A stretch of DNA of 64,000 nucleotides from Octopus vulgaris (GCA_951406725.2 OX597832.1:12834001-12898000), one strand, 5' to 3'; positions 28,895-43,429 are shown, counted from the first letter of the stretch. The notes: generated from the sequence alone by a model not told the origin. Numbers and translations: made by a program.

Positions 28895-29873
28895 GTGTAT
28901 ATATGTGTATGTATATATATATATACATATATGTGTACATACACTCACACCTATATTTAAGAATAAACATTCTAAGTCGTGATTCAAAGTACGAATGGTA
29001 CATTTCATCCTTTCAATCGCTGAATACAAAACGTGTCACGCAACCTTTCCTTTCACATGATTTCCTTGAGTTATCATCTCGGCATTGTACGCCAATCTGT
29101 TACAAGGTTACCTATTTTTGTGGCTTATCAACATTGAATATGTGTGTATGTGTATGTGCATGTGTGTGCCTATTTGGGTGTGTTTGTGTATGTATATACC
29201 CTCGGGCATCTGCACTTCTTTAGCCAATTCGCAGCAATAATAGTCAACTGGCAGTTATAATTGTGAACACTTGCTCAATATTGCCCAATATAGTATCCAA
29301 TGATATCGAACTCGGACCCACGTACTTTCGAAGCGAATATATTATCCACAAGACTATGTGTAGAATGTCAGAAAAAAAATATTATAAAAACAGTTTCTGT
29401 GTATATGTATGTTTATGTGTGTGTGTTTCTATGTGTGTCTAATTTTTGCACGTGAGTTTGACGGGGTGGAGTGTAATTCATATCCTGTTACACAATGGAG
29501 AATTTAATTTAATTATAACAAAATTGTTCCAAATAAGCCTGTTAGCATAACCGGATTTCAGCAATATCGTTCTTTCAAAGCAGCATGCGTCTATTAGATT
29601 ATAGAAAGTTTTGAATTTTCACAACCATCCTTTTGAATTCTTTTCTCGGAAATATACGTATTGGAATTCTGTTGATGTGCCAGATGATATTGCATATTTC
29701 TAAACTTAATTTTTCAAAATCTCATTAATGTCTAGACCTGTAGCTATTATTCAGAATAGTCGAATATAAAATAGGTGTATGCCTGACTTATCATTTTTAT
29801 ATATTATTTTATTAATATTGACAGAATAATATGTTGGGTGAATTAGAGAACATATGAGATTTTCGATTATTAA

Positions 29874-29907
<34 letters not shown>

Positions 29908-30748
29908 TTTTTGGGAAGGAGTATGGGAATATAATTTCAGCGATAGTGGAAAGAATAAACCAATGAAAATATAAATTGTTAAATTTTCCGTATTGTATAT
30001 AGAAATCCCATCCATATCAGGCTGTTAAGTGTGTCTTGTACAGTAGGATAATAGTATTTAAGCTGTATATTTATGAGTTTTTGGACCATTATACAAAATT
30101 CAATATCATAATATATTTTTCAAAAATATGATACCATAAACATTTCGGTTTTCTTCTTTTGTAATGCATTAAGGGAGTGATCTTTAATACATACGGTGTC
30201 AAAGTAATTAACTTTTCGCGTTTTTTTTCTCTTTCCTCTAATATAAGTAATCGATTCGTTAAACTGCTATCTATGTAAAACTATTGTATACAGCTGTGGC
30301 GTAAGATAGCCTCGGCAAACTCACTGGAACCAGTGAAAAAAAAATTTGTGTTCCTAATACATGAATCATGCGTTGCATCAAAAAATTAGATAATTGCATT
30401 CACACAACAGTCTTATAGCGAAATAAGCAAAGTGAGTTGCAGATGAGGGCAGTAGCATTAAATGTCTCTTTTCTCTAGGTTAACACAATAACTGCAAGTG
30501 TTATAGAGCGGCCAAATTCGAATAAGACACTACGATACCTCTACAGTTCTATATTTAAGAGATGAGGAATTATATACGTTATTTACAATTGAAGGATATT
30601 TGTCCTCATCTTGTTTGTTGTTAACACAACGTTTCAGCTGATATACCCTCCAGCCTTCACCCACTGGCATATGGCGTACTTGTTAAGAGCGCGGACTACT
30701 AAGCCGAGTTCGATTCCAGGCAGTGACCTGAATAATAATAATAATAAT

Positions 30749-31191
30749 ATTAGCTCAATACCACAGATTTGCTTGTCAGTTGTTTGACCTTAACCAGTTG
30801 AGCATGTCCCTTAGTGGCTGACGATATGTGCATCTCTGATCACGAGCAGAAGTAGTGGGGGAGCATCATAGCCATGTGTTGAGAGGGATTCTTTGGGGTT
30901 TGAACAGTTCACCTCTGGAAACATGGGTGGTTCTTTCAACATCCTTAAAGAACCCTTATTCAGGGACCGTTTGAGCCGGATGGGCTACTCAACCTGAAGA
31001 AAATTCTAACTGGGCCCCACCTGCAAGGTCATGTGCTGTTTATCTTGATATGAGATCACCATGTCGCGCACATATGGTTGTGATGCATGTGCCTGGTGTA
31101 CCTTTATCAGACGGGTAGTCATGATGGGTATATTGGGCTTCGTATATTTTACCCCAGTGTCACTTTGATGGCATGCACTGCTCTCTCATTC
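30749..31191 (+). mobile_element. Nested insertion in the (AAT)n linker; probable 3' end of a 5'-truncated retroelement
   Basis: About 440 bp of GC-richer sequence with (AAT)n on both sides (30731-30748 and 31192-31214). No recognisable ORF. Confidence 0.6.
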
Positions 31192-31272
31192 AATAATAAT
31201 AATAATAATAATAACAACAACAACATCGAAAAGTATCTTAGGAATGAGAACTCAGGTTCGAAATTTCCCCAA

Positions 31273-31318
31273 GACACCTAATGAAGGCTGGAGGGTATAT
31301 CAGCCGAAACGTTGTGTT
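31273..31318 (+). ncRNA. Minimal type I hammerhead ribozyme-like motif (core variant CUAAUGA)
   Basis: gacac-CTAATGA-a-ggctg-gagggtatat-cagcc-GAAAC-GTT-gtgtt. Helix I gacac/gtgtt, perfect 5-bp helix II, loopless ACGU helix III, GUU cleavage triplet. The G5>A change is probably inactivating. Confidence 0.65.
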
Positions 31319-31648
31319 AGCAGGAAAGATGAGGACGAATATCCGTCAGTTGTAAATAATGCAAATAAATTGCAATAAATCTAAAGAGAAAATATTTGTG
31401 CAGCGCTTCAACAAATATATTTCTAAAGTATGAAATATATCACGTATTCAAAAACCTTGTCCTCAGCAGATAATGTAAAAGAAAGTTCAAACCTTCCTTA
31501 TAAAATAATACAGTAATTTAGCAAATTCTTTACAGCACGCAGCAAATGACAAACGGAGTTTATTCTGCATATTATGAAAGCGCCGGACGAGTTAATTTTC
31601 AGAATTTGCGCAAGGAATCTGTTTACTTAGTTCTTATCTAGTAGATTT

Positions 31649-31979
31649 GTGAGGGCGCGTGGCTTAGTGGTTAGGGCATTCGGCTCATGATCGTAAGGTT
31701 GTGAGTTCGATTCCCGGCGACGCGTTGTGTCCTTGAGCAAGACACTTTATTTCACGTTGCTCCAGTCCACTCAGCTGGCAAAAATGAGTTGCACTTGTAT
31801 TTCAAAGGGTCAGCCTTGTCACTCTCTGTGTCACGATGATTATCCCCGAGTACTACGTTAAGGGTACACGTGTCTGTGGAATGCTCAGCCATTTGCACGT
31901 TAATTTCACGAGCAAGCTGTTCCGTTGATCGTATCAGCTGGGACCCTCGTCGTCGTAACCGGCGGAGTCTTTTTTTTTA
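31649..31979 (+). mobile_element. Full-length SINE family C (tail type 3) with 13-bp TSD
   Basis: GAGGGCGCGTGGCTTAGTGGTTAGGG...GAGTTCGATTCCC head, then GTGTCCTTGAGCAAGACACTT central domain. TSD ATCTAGTAGATTT at 31636-31648 and 31980-31992. Ends in a T-run. Confidence 0.93.
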
Positions 31980-32972
31980 ATCTAGTAGATTTAATCCGTC
32001 CCTCAGTGTAATACTTTTGTCTTTCAATGATTTCTATTCAGTTTGCACTGATGCAACATTATAAGTTTAGGAAACACCTCTTAATTCGGTGTAATAATAG
32101 ATCATAGTAACTGCATTTGCCTCTCTGAAGAATAAGAAATAAATCTGGTTTTAGCATTGATTTCTTTGCAAGCAATTATTATTTTTATGCATAACTAAAG
32201 AGAAATAATTATTAAACAAAATTAAATTTTCTACATATTATCGTCAATATTTCAGACATGGAAACTGCATATTTATTTAAACCATCATTATTGTTTGAGC
32301 TATTGCATTATGAAAAATCACTTAATATAAATTTAGAAATGACAATCAAAGAATATTAATTAGAAATCAACAATATACCTAACTAGAACAAGGAATTTTT
32401 TTTTTTTTATTTGTGGCAAACATAGGTAGCTTATTTACTCATAGAAGTATAGAATGGCAAAAAAATTTTGTCATTTAAAATCAAGTTACAGTCTGTGAAC
32501 GCAATTAAATTTGTTCTATTTGAGAATTAAACTAGTATTTTTGAGAAATAATTAATTCAATACATGAAAATATGTTGCATTAAAGAATATCTTCTATAAT
32601 ATTATAGCAAACGAAAAAGAAAAATTAAATGAATTTTGGTTTCTTTTAAATGAATTTCTTAGAAGAATCTAATATAAAATTATTCCAATTATGCTATGAT
32701 ATGATGCTTATAGGAATAATTGGAGTAATTGATTATGAACTTAAATATTATAAGTTATTAGATTAATATTCAGTTACTAATATTTTAAGCAAATTTTTCA
32801 TAAAGAGGAACACAGTCAGTAGCGTCATATGCACACACAGACACACACATACGCGCAAATGCACACATACAACACGCACGCACACACACACACACACACA
32901 CAAATACATGCATACATAAATACACACTTGGTTTTATGCAGCGAAGTTTTTTGTAATGCGTATATTTATATG

Positions 32973-33025
<53 letters not shown>

Positions 33026-33865
33026 TGAGAGAAATAGATAGATAGATCGATATCGATATACATATATATAGAGATAGATATATATATATAGATATAGCTA
33101 TTTATTTATATATGCGTGTGTATGTGCCTCCGTGCATACACGTATACACATGCTTAAACATATATATTTTTTTCATTCGTGTATACATCTGTCTATCAAA
33201 GTATGAGTGTCTCTGTATATGTGTGCCTGTGTCTTTCGGTGTATAGTTATTTATTTTAGCATAATATATCGAATTTAAGAGTTAAAGCAACCATCTATGC
33301 TTCTGATCTCAGAATATACAGCTGCAGGTGATTAGTTGATATCACGCAGCAGACGATACGTTCTGATTTGCGGCAAGACATACCAATCGTCATGCCTTCA
33401 AGATAAACTAAACTAGATATATTGAATGACTTATGTTCAATTCTTCTTATAAAGATTATAACTTAATTATAAAGCACAGCTACTCTGTAAATATCTGACA
33501 AATCTTCCTGTCCTGTAAACACATGACACTAATAATAAGAAAAAGTATCATGTGTATCTGTGTAAACTTCTATGAATCTGATATGAATGTGTGCTTGGGT
33601 GGGTCTGTTGGCGTGTTGTATGTCAAAGCGATAAGAGTAATTATCAATGTATGTTTGTATGTTTACCTCTATGCATGTGTATATATTTATAATGGTGTAT
33701 TTCTGTTCATTTTTCTTTTACTTCGTGTATGTGTGTTTATCTGTTTCTCATTCCGATACGGTTTTATGTTCGTTGACTCCTCCTAGACTGTTGGTGCAAG
33801 GACAACGAAACTCAAACGAGCAACTCCCCTAATCCTAGAGAATGTCCTAAGTGACTCTATTTTTT

Positions 33866-34063
33866 AAGGGTTGCTTAATTGGGGCCCAACTTCCCCCTAC
33901 TTTTACTCCATTTTAAACTAAATACATGCCATTGGCAACCAAATTGGAGCAATGACAATGCATTTCATGCAATGAACACCCAGAGAGTATCTTAAGGAAT
34001 TCAATTTCTGAAGGGCTGCTTAAATGGGGCCCTACTAACACCTCCCTAATTTTACTGCATTTA
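33866..34063 (+). repeat. ~50-bp imperfect direct repeat (33866-33913 and 34011-34063)
   Basis: aaggg(t/c)tgcttaa(t/a)tggggccc.act...ccta.ttttact.cattt occurs twice. Confidence 0.7.
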
Positions 34064-34764
34064 CCTCACTCCTAGGCTTACTGATTAAACCATGTTGAGC
34101 ATCAGTGCTTAGCACATTTGCAGAAATAAGTTTGGGCATTCTAAATACCTTCACGTACATTCAAATTGAGATAAAGTGGTATAACAGGTACGTTTCAAGC
34201 GTGGTAGTGTGGATATTATATTTTGTAGTTTATGAAACCTATGTCTAGCTGGAAAACTAATCTTCCTGCTCCGGTTACAGTATCCTACTAAAGATTTGTA
34301 ATAAAAGATAGAATGAGATTGAGATGAAGGGATCCTATTCATTTTATCTCAATCTGATTTTAATATATTTTCTGATATAGTGAAATGATGGAAAAATTAT
34401 GATAGCTATGATAGTCATACATTTCACTGGCTTAGTACAAATGGAGGTTCAAGTCTAAAGATATGACGTGAATTAATTCATACGGTGAGTTTGAAGCACA
34501 CGACTCTATGATAGTGTCGCAAATTTTCATTGCCAGAATAAAATGAAAGAAAAAAAGGAACACAGAAAATGGATCTCGAAGGCAAGAGCAACCGTAAATG
34601 CCGGTCGAATGGTGGCTAGTATATATAAGTCTGAAGGTGTAACAATATATATGGTAGATATTTGCATGTATGTTTGTACTTCAAACTTCATGCAATTGTG
34701 TGTGTATATGTAAGTATGTGTGTGTAAATATGTATATGCGTGTGTGTGTCGATCGCTAGCTACT

Positions 34765-34925
34765 ACACATTCTTTATTTCCTCTCCCTGTTTCTTTCTGT
34801 GTTCCCTTCTGTGGAAGAGCGTAGGCTCGAAACGTTAAATACTTTTTCACTTTCCGATCGTTAAACTAATATATCTGTTTGATGTCTACACCACCTGTCT
34901 TCGTCTTCTGTTATTTTTGTGAATA
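34765..34925 (+). mobile_element. Penelope-like terminal fragment with hammerhead-like motif (34809-34836)
   Basis: CTGTGGA-a-gagc-gtag-gctc-GAAAC-GTT. Downstream sequence is homologous to 53965-54070. Confidence 0.6.
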
Positions 34926-36844
34926 TATGTGTGCGTGTGTGTATAAGTCTGTGTGTGTGTACACAACTTCCATCTAGCAGAATTTCCAGCAGATAGAAAG
35001 ACAGATGGAGCAAGATGACAAACATTCATGATAGATCTTGCTTTTCTCTATAAATCTTATATTATTTGGAAATGCCCGTATGTACGTACATTCGTGTGCG
35101 TAGCTGTGTCTGTACATATGTGTGTGTGAGAGCTCGATTTTGATCGTATGTATGTGAACATCTGAGTGCATGTGTGTGTATGAGTGTGTGTTTTGTCTCT
35201 CTTTAAACCGAAACTCTAACAGAGTTATCTGAAGTCAATGTAATTCAAAAAATACCAAAAAGAAATCGATCAAATGCAGATGTTTACTAGAAATGTAGAG
35301 ATGTATATGTATTTTTTTTTCTTTATTTTTTCCATCAGAATTGTTCGTTTCAAACAGAAAAATAAAAGATGGAGAAAAATTCTTATTACTCATATTGATT
35401 TCTTATGTTTAGAAAAGGTGTGAATCTACAATACTATTTCCTTCTACACCTTCCCGTTGACGCCGAGTGTCATTTATTAATAAAATATGACTAGCACCAG
35501 ATATTCAGCTTTTCGATGTTCAGGCAAACTGTAATAAACTCTAGAACAGTTCAGATGCTAAGAAACAAAGCCATTGATATAAGTTTATTTCTTTATCATT
35601 TTTTTTCTTCATTTTGTGTATTTTTGTTCTTTATTTTTAGCAAAGAGAAATTTAAGAAATAAAGATAGCATAAAAATATGTAGCGTGTGAATGAGATAAA
35701 ATTATATGTAAAAGAAAATGTTTCTCTCTCTCTCTCTCTCCTTCTCTCTCATTATGTCTTTTTGTATCTAACACACATACCCACACAAACATTCTCTCTC
35801 TCTCTCTCTCTCTCGCTTTCTTACTCTCCTCTATCTATCTCTGAATATATAAATAGGAAACATAATCATAACATGTGGTACATTATCTTTATTAATGTAT
35901 ATCTACACGCACAAACGCACACACGACACACACACACAGTTATACATACACAACAAAGTAACACACAGAGGCATACACACATATGGTTATATGCATATAT
36001 TTATATATATATGCATGAAAATGGTTAGTACGATTTAAGTGCACACAAACTAGTTATTTAATCACTAACAGTGCGCAACGACAGATGAGATAATTGGTGC
36101 TCTGATTTATGACTATATATCATTTTTTTTTTACGAAAGATGACCAATGAACATAATATATAACATATAAAGAACGCAGGAAATATTTAACAATTGCAAG
36201 CTATTTGGACGTATGATAGACTATCCACCACATCTTCCGCTTTTGAATCAAAGGAACGCATTGAGACAGAGAGTGTATAGTGGTTAATGGTTATTGAGAT
36301 TTTTTGAGTTATTTGTATATAAATCGATCTGAATGGATGTAGTACATAAATAATCACTGCGGGGTATTCTATTGGGACATTTAATACTATGCATGCAGCT
36401 ACAAACCAGATGGATTCCAAAGTATCTCCTCATCTAAGCCAAATATTTAATGAGTAAAAGAGCGTAAGTTAATGTGTAGTCAATACTATGGCGTTATGTC
36501 CGTCTGAATTAAAGAAAGGTGATGAAAGAATCTCAACTGTGTCTCATAAAGAAAACATGGGAAATTTAACTCAATTTACGTCCCGTGGCACAGAAATGCT
36601 TTCGTGACTATTTCTCTTGCTAGCTGTCGTTTACCTATAAACATAAACACATCTACCCTCACAGAATATATTTGCTGCTACCGAGTGTTTGGATTGTAGA
36701 TGCAAAAGAGGGCCTTCAGCATTTGTCAAGGAAAAGTATGTAAATTTTCTATCATTATTCCGCAGCAGTTGTAGCTAATGCTTTTCTGTATCTTCGATAT
36801 TGTTGAGCAACAAACCATAACGACTCTTGTTAACAACTGCTAAA

Positions 36845-37686
36845 AGTCGAGCTCTAAGGTCAATGTAATCGACTTGCCCTCTCGCTCAAAATCCTGACCT
36901 CGTGTCTAAATTTCAAACCGATTTTAATGTCCTTTTCTACTCAAGGCACAAGGCTCGAAATTTTAGGGGAGGTAGCCAGTCGATTAGATCGACACCAGTA
37001 CGCAACTGGTACTTAATTTATCGATCCCGAAGGGATGAAAGGCAAAGGTGATCTCGGTGGGATTTGAACTCAGAACGTAAAGACAGACGAAAAACTGCTA
37101 AGAATTTTGCCTGGCGTGCTAAATTTTCTGCCAGCTCACCGTCTTTAAAGGATTCTTTCCTACTCTAGGCACAGGGGCCGGAATTTTAGAGGAGGGGGCC
37201 AGTCGATTAGATCTACCCCAGTACGAAACTTGTTACTAATTTGTCGACCCCAAAAATATGAAAGGCAACTTCAACCTCGACGGAATATGAACTCAGAACG
37301 CAAAGACAGACGAAATACATATTTCTTTACTATCCACAAGGGGCTAAACACAGAGGGGACAAACAAAGACAGACAAACGGATTAAGTCGATTACATCGAC
37401 CCCAGTGCGTAACTGGTACTTAATTTATCGACCCCGAAAGGATGAAAGGCAAAGTCGACCTCGGCGGAATTTGAACTCAGAACGTAACGACAGACAAAGC
37501 ATGACTGCGTTTTTCGCCCGGCGTGCTAACGTTTCTGACAGTTCGCCGCCTTCAAAGCAGTATTAATATCATCAGTCGATCTTTAAGCTCTGGTGGAAGT
37601 AGTACCAGTTAACCACTGAAGACGTTTCAATCGATTTATCAACTCACTCAAAATTGCTAGCTTTGTGCCAAAATGTGAAACCAATA
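36845..37686 (-). mobile_element. Cluster of family A SINEs: three minus-strand copies (36930-37146, 37153-37318, 37319-37552) bracketed by plus-strand fragments
   Basis: 37319-37552 is a near-perfect reverse complement of 11963-12194 and 43430-43661. Confidence 0.9.
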
Positions 37687-37729
37687 CCATTATAATCAAC
37701 AACTGTATCAGCTGTAGTAACTGTTTTTT

Positions 37730-37999
37730 CCTTCTTGAGCCACACCTAGCTCATAAGGGCCAGTTTCCTGGTTTCCTTGGCATATAGGTTCCCCACCTGG
37801 ACGGAACGCCGTTCCGTCGCTGTTGAGCTACAAGATACAGGAGGAAAGAGTGAGAGAAATTTGTGGCGAAAGAGTCAGCAGCAGTTCGCCATGAACTTCT
37901 GCCGGAGCCGCATGGAGCTTAGATGTTTCGCTCATAAACACACACATCACCCGGGATCCCCCGACCGCGAGTCCGCTGCTCTAATCACTAGTGCCTCCA
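37730..37999 (-). mobile_element. SINE family B head with tail type 1 variant
   Basis: Homologous to 3360-3649 (gctcat..gggcc.gtttcc.ggtttc). Confidence 0.82.
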
Positions 38000-39639
38000 C
38001 GAACTAGAATGTAGGAGAGCATAAATATTTAGAAGCACACCAGTTACCAACGACCTTCTAATGCTGTTGACGAGTAACGCCTGCGCGTATTGGACAGGAG
38101 TTTCGAAATATATGTAGAAACTGATTTGAGCGGTAATGTTTAGAAAATTTGAATCGTAAAAAAGAAAGAGAAAACTATAATCAATGAAATACTTTTGATA
38201 ATAAAGGTAATAATCAAGAATATAAATCTAGATGTACATCTAGTACTAAATTGGCATTCTGTCTGTTGTTGATGTAGGGAAGTAATCAGATGGCGATATG
38301 CAAATTCACCGGAGAAGTGCAATTAGGTCATAAAGATAAAGAGAAGAGGTGTTTGTTATTTTGGGGAATAGGGTTAAAAATGTGAAAAAGATTTCCTAAT
38401 TTAGGGAATTAGCGATTTGTTAAAATAATGATTTGATAGAATATTAAATTGACGAGCTCTCTCACTAGATAAATAATGCAATGAAATTATCGAAAATCGA
38501 TAACAGTTAAGGGCGATCAATGAGGGACTAGTATCAGTTAAGATAGGGTAGGAATGGTGAAGTATGAGATAATAGGAAGAACTATGAGGGGAATTTGATA
38601 ACATTGATTATTTACATAATAAACCTAAAGTGATAATAATGCAAGAGTACAATGAAAATGCCACAATATAATATAAAGGGCAACTGAAATGCAGAAAGGG
38701 TGGGTGAGTGAATAGCAGTAACAATTGTTTCTCTTATCGGTAAGAGGCCAACGGTCTTGAGGGGGTGAGGGATTATCCACTAACATCGGCCCCCCACTAC
38801 ATTGTTTTATTGACTCCTGAGAGAGAAAAAGTAAAGTAGGTCGCACAAAGAATTAAACTCAGAACGTAGAGAACTGGGACAAACGTCGCAAGATTAATAA
38901 GAATGAAACAAAAAAACAGTGACAACTAATATACGGGTTCGTTAACGATGGAGAATTAATGATATGTGTGTGTGTTATTTAGAAGTTTGGTTTAATTCTC
39001 CAAGGTGAAATGGTGCAAAGTGTTCTCAAATTTTTCAGAACATAATTCTCAATTACAGAATTAACAACTATGAATTACTTAAAAATAAATTAAAGCTTAA
39101 TCATGGAGAATTTTAAAACATAGATAATTTTGAGCGGTCAGGGATCCCAGAGCCTATTTATAGACGAATGTATCCGTTTTATGAAAATATATATTGAGCG
39201 TCACGGTACTGATTATTCGTAGACTGATGTTGAAAACTGTGTATGGAGTAAGAATAAGAAATATTCTCATATATATCGATATATCAATCAAAAACACATT
39301 CAGATTTGATTGACAAACGATGAAAATTTAGTTTAACTATTCGTCATTGATTGAAGTTTTGGGCTGTGACAACGTGATGTTGCATAGCAATGACAGGCGA
39401 TAAATTATGATGCATTAATTTAGTCGGTATCATATGTATAAAACACAAGAAATCAATGGCGACAGCGATTGTTCATGAAGATATCAAGTAAATCAACACA
39501 TGGATGAAACTTCCCCAGTAAATAACCGTTTTGCAGGATAAGGGGGATCATGAAATTAAGAATTATGATTCATGATATTTTACCATACGCTTCTGCTGCT
39601 ACGACTACTACAGCTCTGTTACTGCAAGTACTACAACTA

Positions 39640-40228
<589 letters not shown>

Positions 40229-40811
40229 TATATGTATGTAGGCTCATAATCACTGACGACTTTCGACAACATGATTTCAAATGATATTACCGACACAGCT
40301 TTTATGTAATATCCAATATTTAATATGTACCGTTGATCTATTGAATCTTGCGTTTGTATAGAAAAATATGTTTGCGTGCATTTTGTCACTGTACCACACT
40401 TCCGTGGATTTAACTTACTTTATATATGATTAATGCAGGCAGGGCTATAGCTAATGTGAAATACGCATAACCGCATATAACCCGACCTAGCGTACGTAGA
40501 TGCATTACGTACATACATACATACATACATATCTACATACATACATGCATACATACATAAACACACGCACAAATGTATATATGTATTTGCGTGTACGTGA
40601 GAGTGTGAATGAGTGTGTGTATATCTACGTGTACATCAGAAGCGCAAAAATAATCATGTTGAATGCATGAAAGAGGAATATAAACATAAATATTAAAGAA
40701 TCTGATATTCAGCAGCTTCCAAAAGGGGTTTCTTGAAATATTGAACCATTTGTTTTCTTATTTATTTATTTATTAGATATGTTGTTGTTATTGTTGTGTT
40801 CCTTCTTTTTC

Positions 40812-40869
<58 letters not shown>

Positions 40870-41127
40870 TATTTGAAGTCTATGTATACAAATATTAATT
40901 CAGACTTATTCAAACAGAAATTCTTACATGAGTGTGTAGCGTGTGTATATAGGCGTATAATATATATATATATATATATGTATATTTATATGTGTGTGTA
41001 TTTGTGTATGTGTCTGTGTGAGTGTGTGAGTATATGTATGTCTGTGTAAGTACACGTATGTTTATATATATATATGTGTGTGTGTGTACTATGCTTGTAT
41101 ATATTGATATATATATATATATATGTA

Positions 41128-41193
<66 letters not shown>

Positions 41194-41744
41194 ATATTCT
41201 CAAATAAAATAGGAAGCCATTCTCGCCAGATTTATTCATTCACGGAATATGGACACATTCATATTATGTCGGCCGGAATACAGAAAGGAGAAAGTAAGGC
41301 GAACGCATGGAAAATGTAGGAAATCATTGAAAATCTATATTCATTGGTTTGTATCTGAGAAGGATTCAAGAATATCGATGTGTACTTTCCTTGCGTCATT
41401 TAATTTCATTGACTTTGTGGATCGTTGGAGTGTGATATATTGGTGCCTTCAGAGATATTTCGGTCATACACACAGATCAATGCGTGAATAAATCTGTGAT
41501 CAACTATATACACATACATACACAAGCACATAAACACCCGCCCACGTATATCCATGCACGCAAAAACATCTTTGCGCGTATATACCCACTAGCGTATACA
41601 AATGTATATGCATATATACGCATATATATATATATAGTTATACGTATATGTATATATATGTATATATATATATATATGTGTGTGTGTTATATACATATAC
41701 GTAATCTATTTCTATTTCTTTCTCTGTCTGTCTCTCTCTCGATC

Positions 41745-41817
<73 letters not shown>

Positions 41818-41852
41818 ATATATATGTATATATGTATATATATATGTATATA

Positions 41853-41902
<50 letters not shown>

Positions 41903-42776
41903 TTTGCAAATTTATGTGTATATACTCACACACTCACGTGCATACTTCGATCTATGAATTCTGATCGCACATATTATAAAAATATATTTTTAAAAAATAC
42001 ATACATACATACAACATATACACATACATATATACACTCTAACAAACACACATATACATATTCTGAAGTATTTACATACATATTTACGTGTGAATATGTA
42101 CAAGGGATTATATATATATGTATTCTGTTCATATGAATGTATATATGCATGTGTTCATGTGTGTTCTTATACAACGACCCCAATATATTTACACGTACGC
42201 GCGCTTGATCGCACTCGCAACTAGTCATATACATACTTATATATATACATGCGGTTGTGTATTTGCTTACCTGCAAATTTACATGTATGTGTTTGCGTAT
42301 ATTAATACGTGTATATATTTTGCATACGTTCATACATAAGTGTGCAAAAACGCTTGTATACTTTGTGCGAATGTGTATTACTTGCCGATTCAATTTATTT
42401 CTTTCACGGCGGGGTACGTTTATATGTTGAAAGCAAACAGTACAACCAACGTACAGCAATGTGCAATCTTACTTTACATATCATGGGTTTAAAAGAAATT
42501 ATTTCTGCTTTTAATGTTCTGTCATTGGTGGCAATCACTGAACTGCAACTATCCACGCTTGGATGGTTCGTGTCGATTATGTAAACCCTAGCATTTTGTC
42601 TGGAATATGTTTGCTCGTTTCCGAAGGATACCAATTGCGAAGAAGTCATTTTCGCCAAGGGAGACAACTCAGTCTGTGATTGAAATGTCGCAAGATCATC
42701 GTTATGCAAAGAGTGTGTTATTTCTTCACCATCTGAGTACCATAACCATAAACCTTTGAACTACGATAAAGGCATC

Positions 42777-42780
42777 AATG

Positions 42781-42835
<55 letters not shown>

Positions 42836-42867
42836 TGATGAGGATAATAATAATAATGATGATGAGG

Positions 42868-42905
<38 letters not shown>

Positions 42906-42982
42906 GAGGATCATAATAATAATAATAATAATGATGAGGATAATAATAATAATAATAAAAATAATGATAATAATAATGATGA

Positions 42983-43053
<71 letters not shown>

Positions 43054-43065
43054 GAAGAAGAAGAA
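42777..43065. repeat. Long (AAT)n array with recurrent GATGAGGAT interruptions, ending in (AGA)n
   Basis: Read directly; source of the poly-N and poly-I ORFs in the track. Confidence 0.95.
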
Positions 43066-43105
43066 GTAATGATTTCATTTATTTGCCACTGGAGCGAAAT
43101 ATATT

Positions 43106-43340
43106 GTGGTAAAAAATCGCCTTGATATAAAACACATGAGGTCATAGAAATGTCACTCCTAGCAGACTGCAACCCTGCAGTTAAAGAAGAACTTTGAAAC
43201 AGAGGTCTCAAAAATGTAGCATCTAAGGAAGACAACTGTTTCTTTGATATCGGGTGAATAACCAAAGAACAGGAAACCCCAAGGTATCAGAACTCAAAAA
43301 AAGTTTTAGCCGTGTGTACATCCTAATAAATACATCCTAG
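43106..43340 (+). pseudogene. Fossil restriction-like endonuclease (REL) domain of an R4/Dong-type non-LTR retrotransposon
   Basis: Frameshifted pieces VVKNRLDIK / VIEMSLLADCNPAVKE / ETEVSKM*HLRKTTVS / GNPKVSELKK occur in the order of the R4-type motifs ANRPDIV / LIDMSIP.D.N...KE / EIE..KMW.LKT..VP / PG.P...E.QK. Confidence 0.6.
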
Positions 43341-43429
43341 TGGGGACATAGTTAACTTGAAAGTTCTTGATTCTGGCAAAAATCTTCAAAACTGAAATAT
43401 TACAAATTTAACAGAATTTTATTTTTCAA

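Larger units (their letters stand above)
30545..31361 (+). mobile_element. Composite retroelement: inverted tail copy + tRNA-like head + (AAT)n + hammerhead-containing tail
   Basis: Inverted repeat 30579-30659 versus 31282-31359. tRNA-like head at 30662-30726 (CACTG/CAGTG acceptor stem, TGGCGTACTTG A box, GAGTTCGATTCC B box). Hammerhead fold at 31273-31318. Confidence 0.75.
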
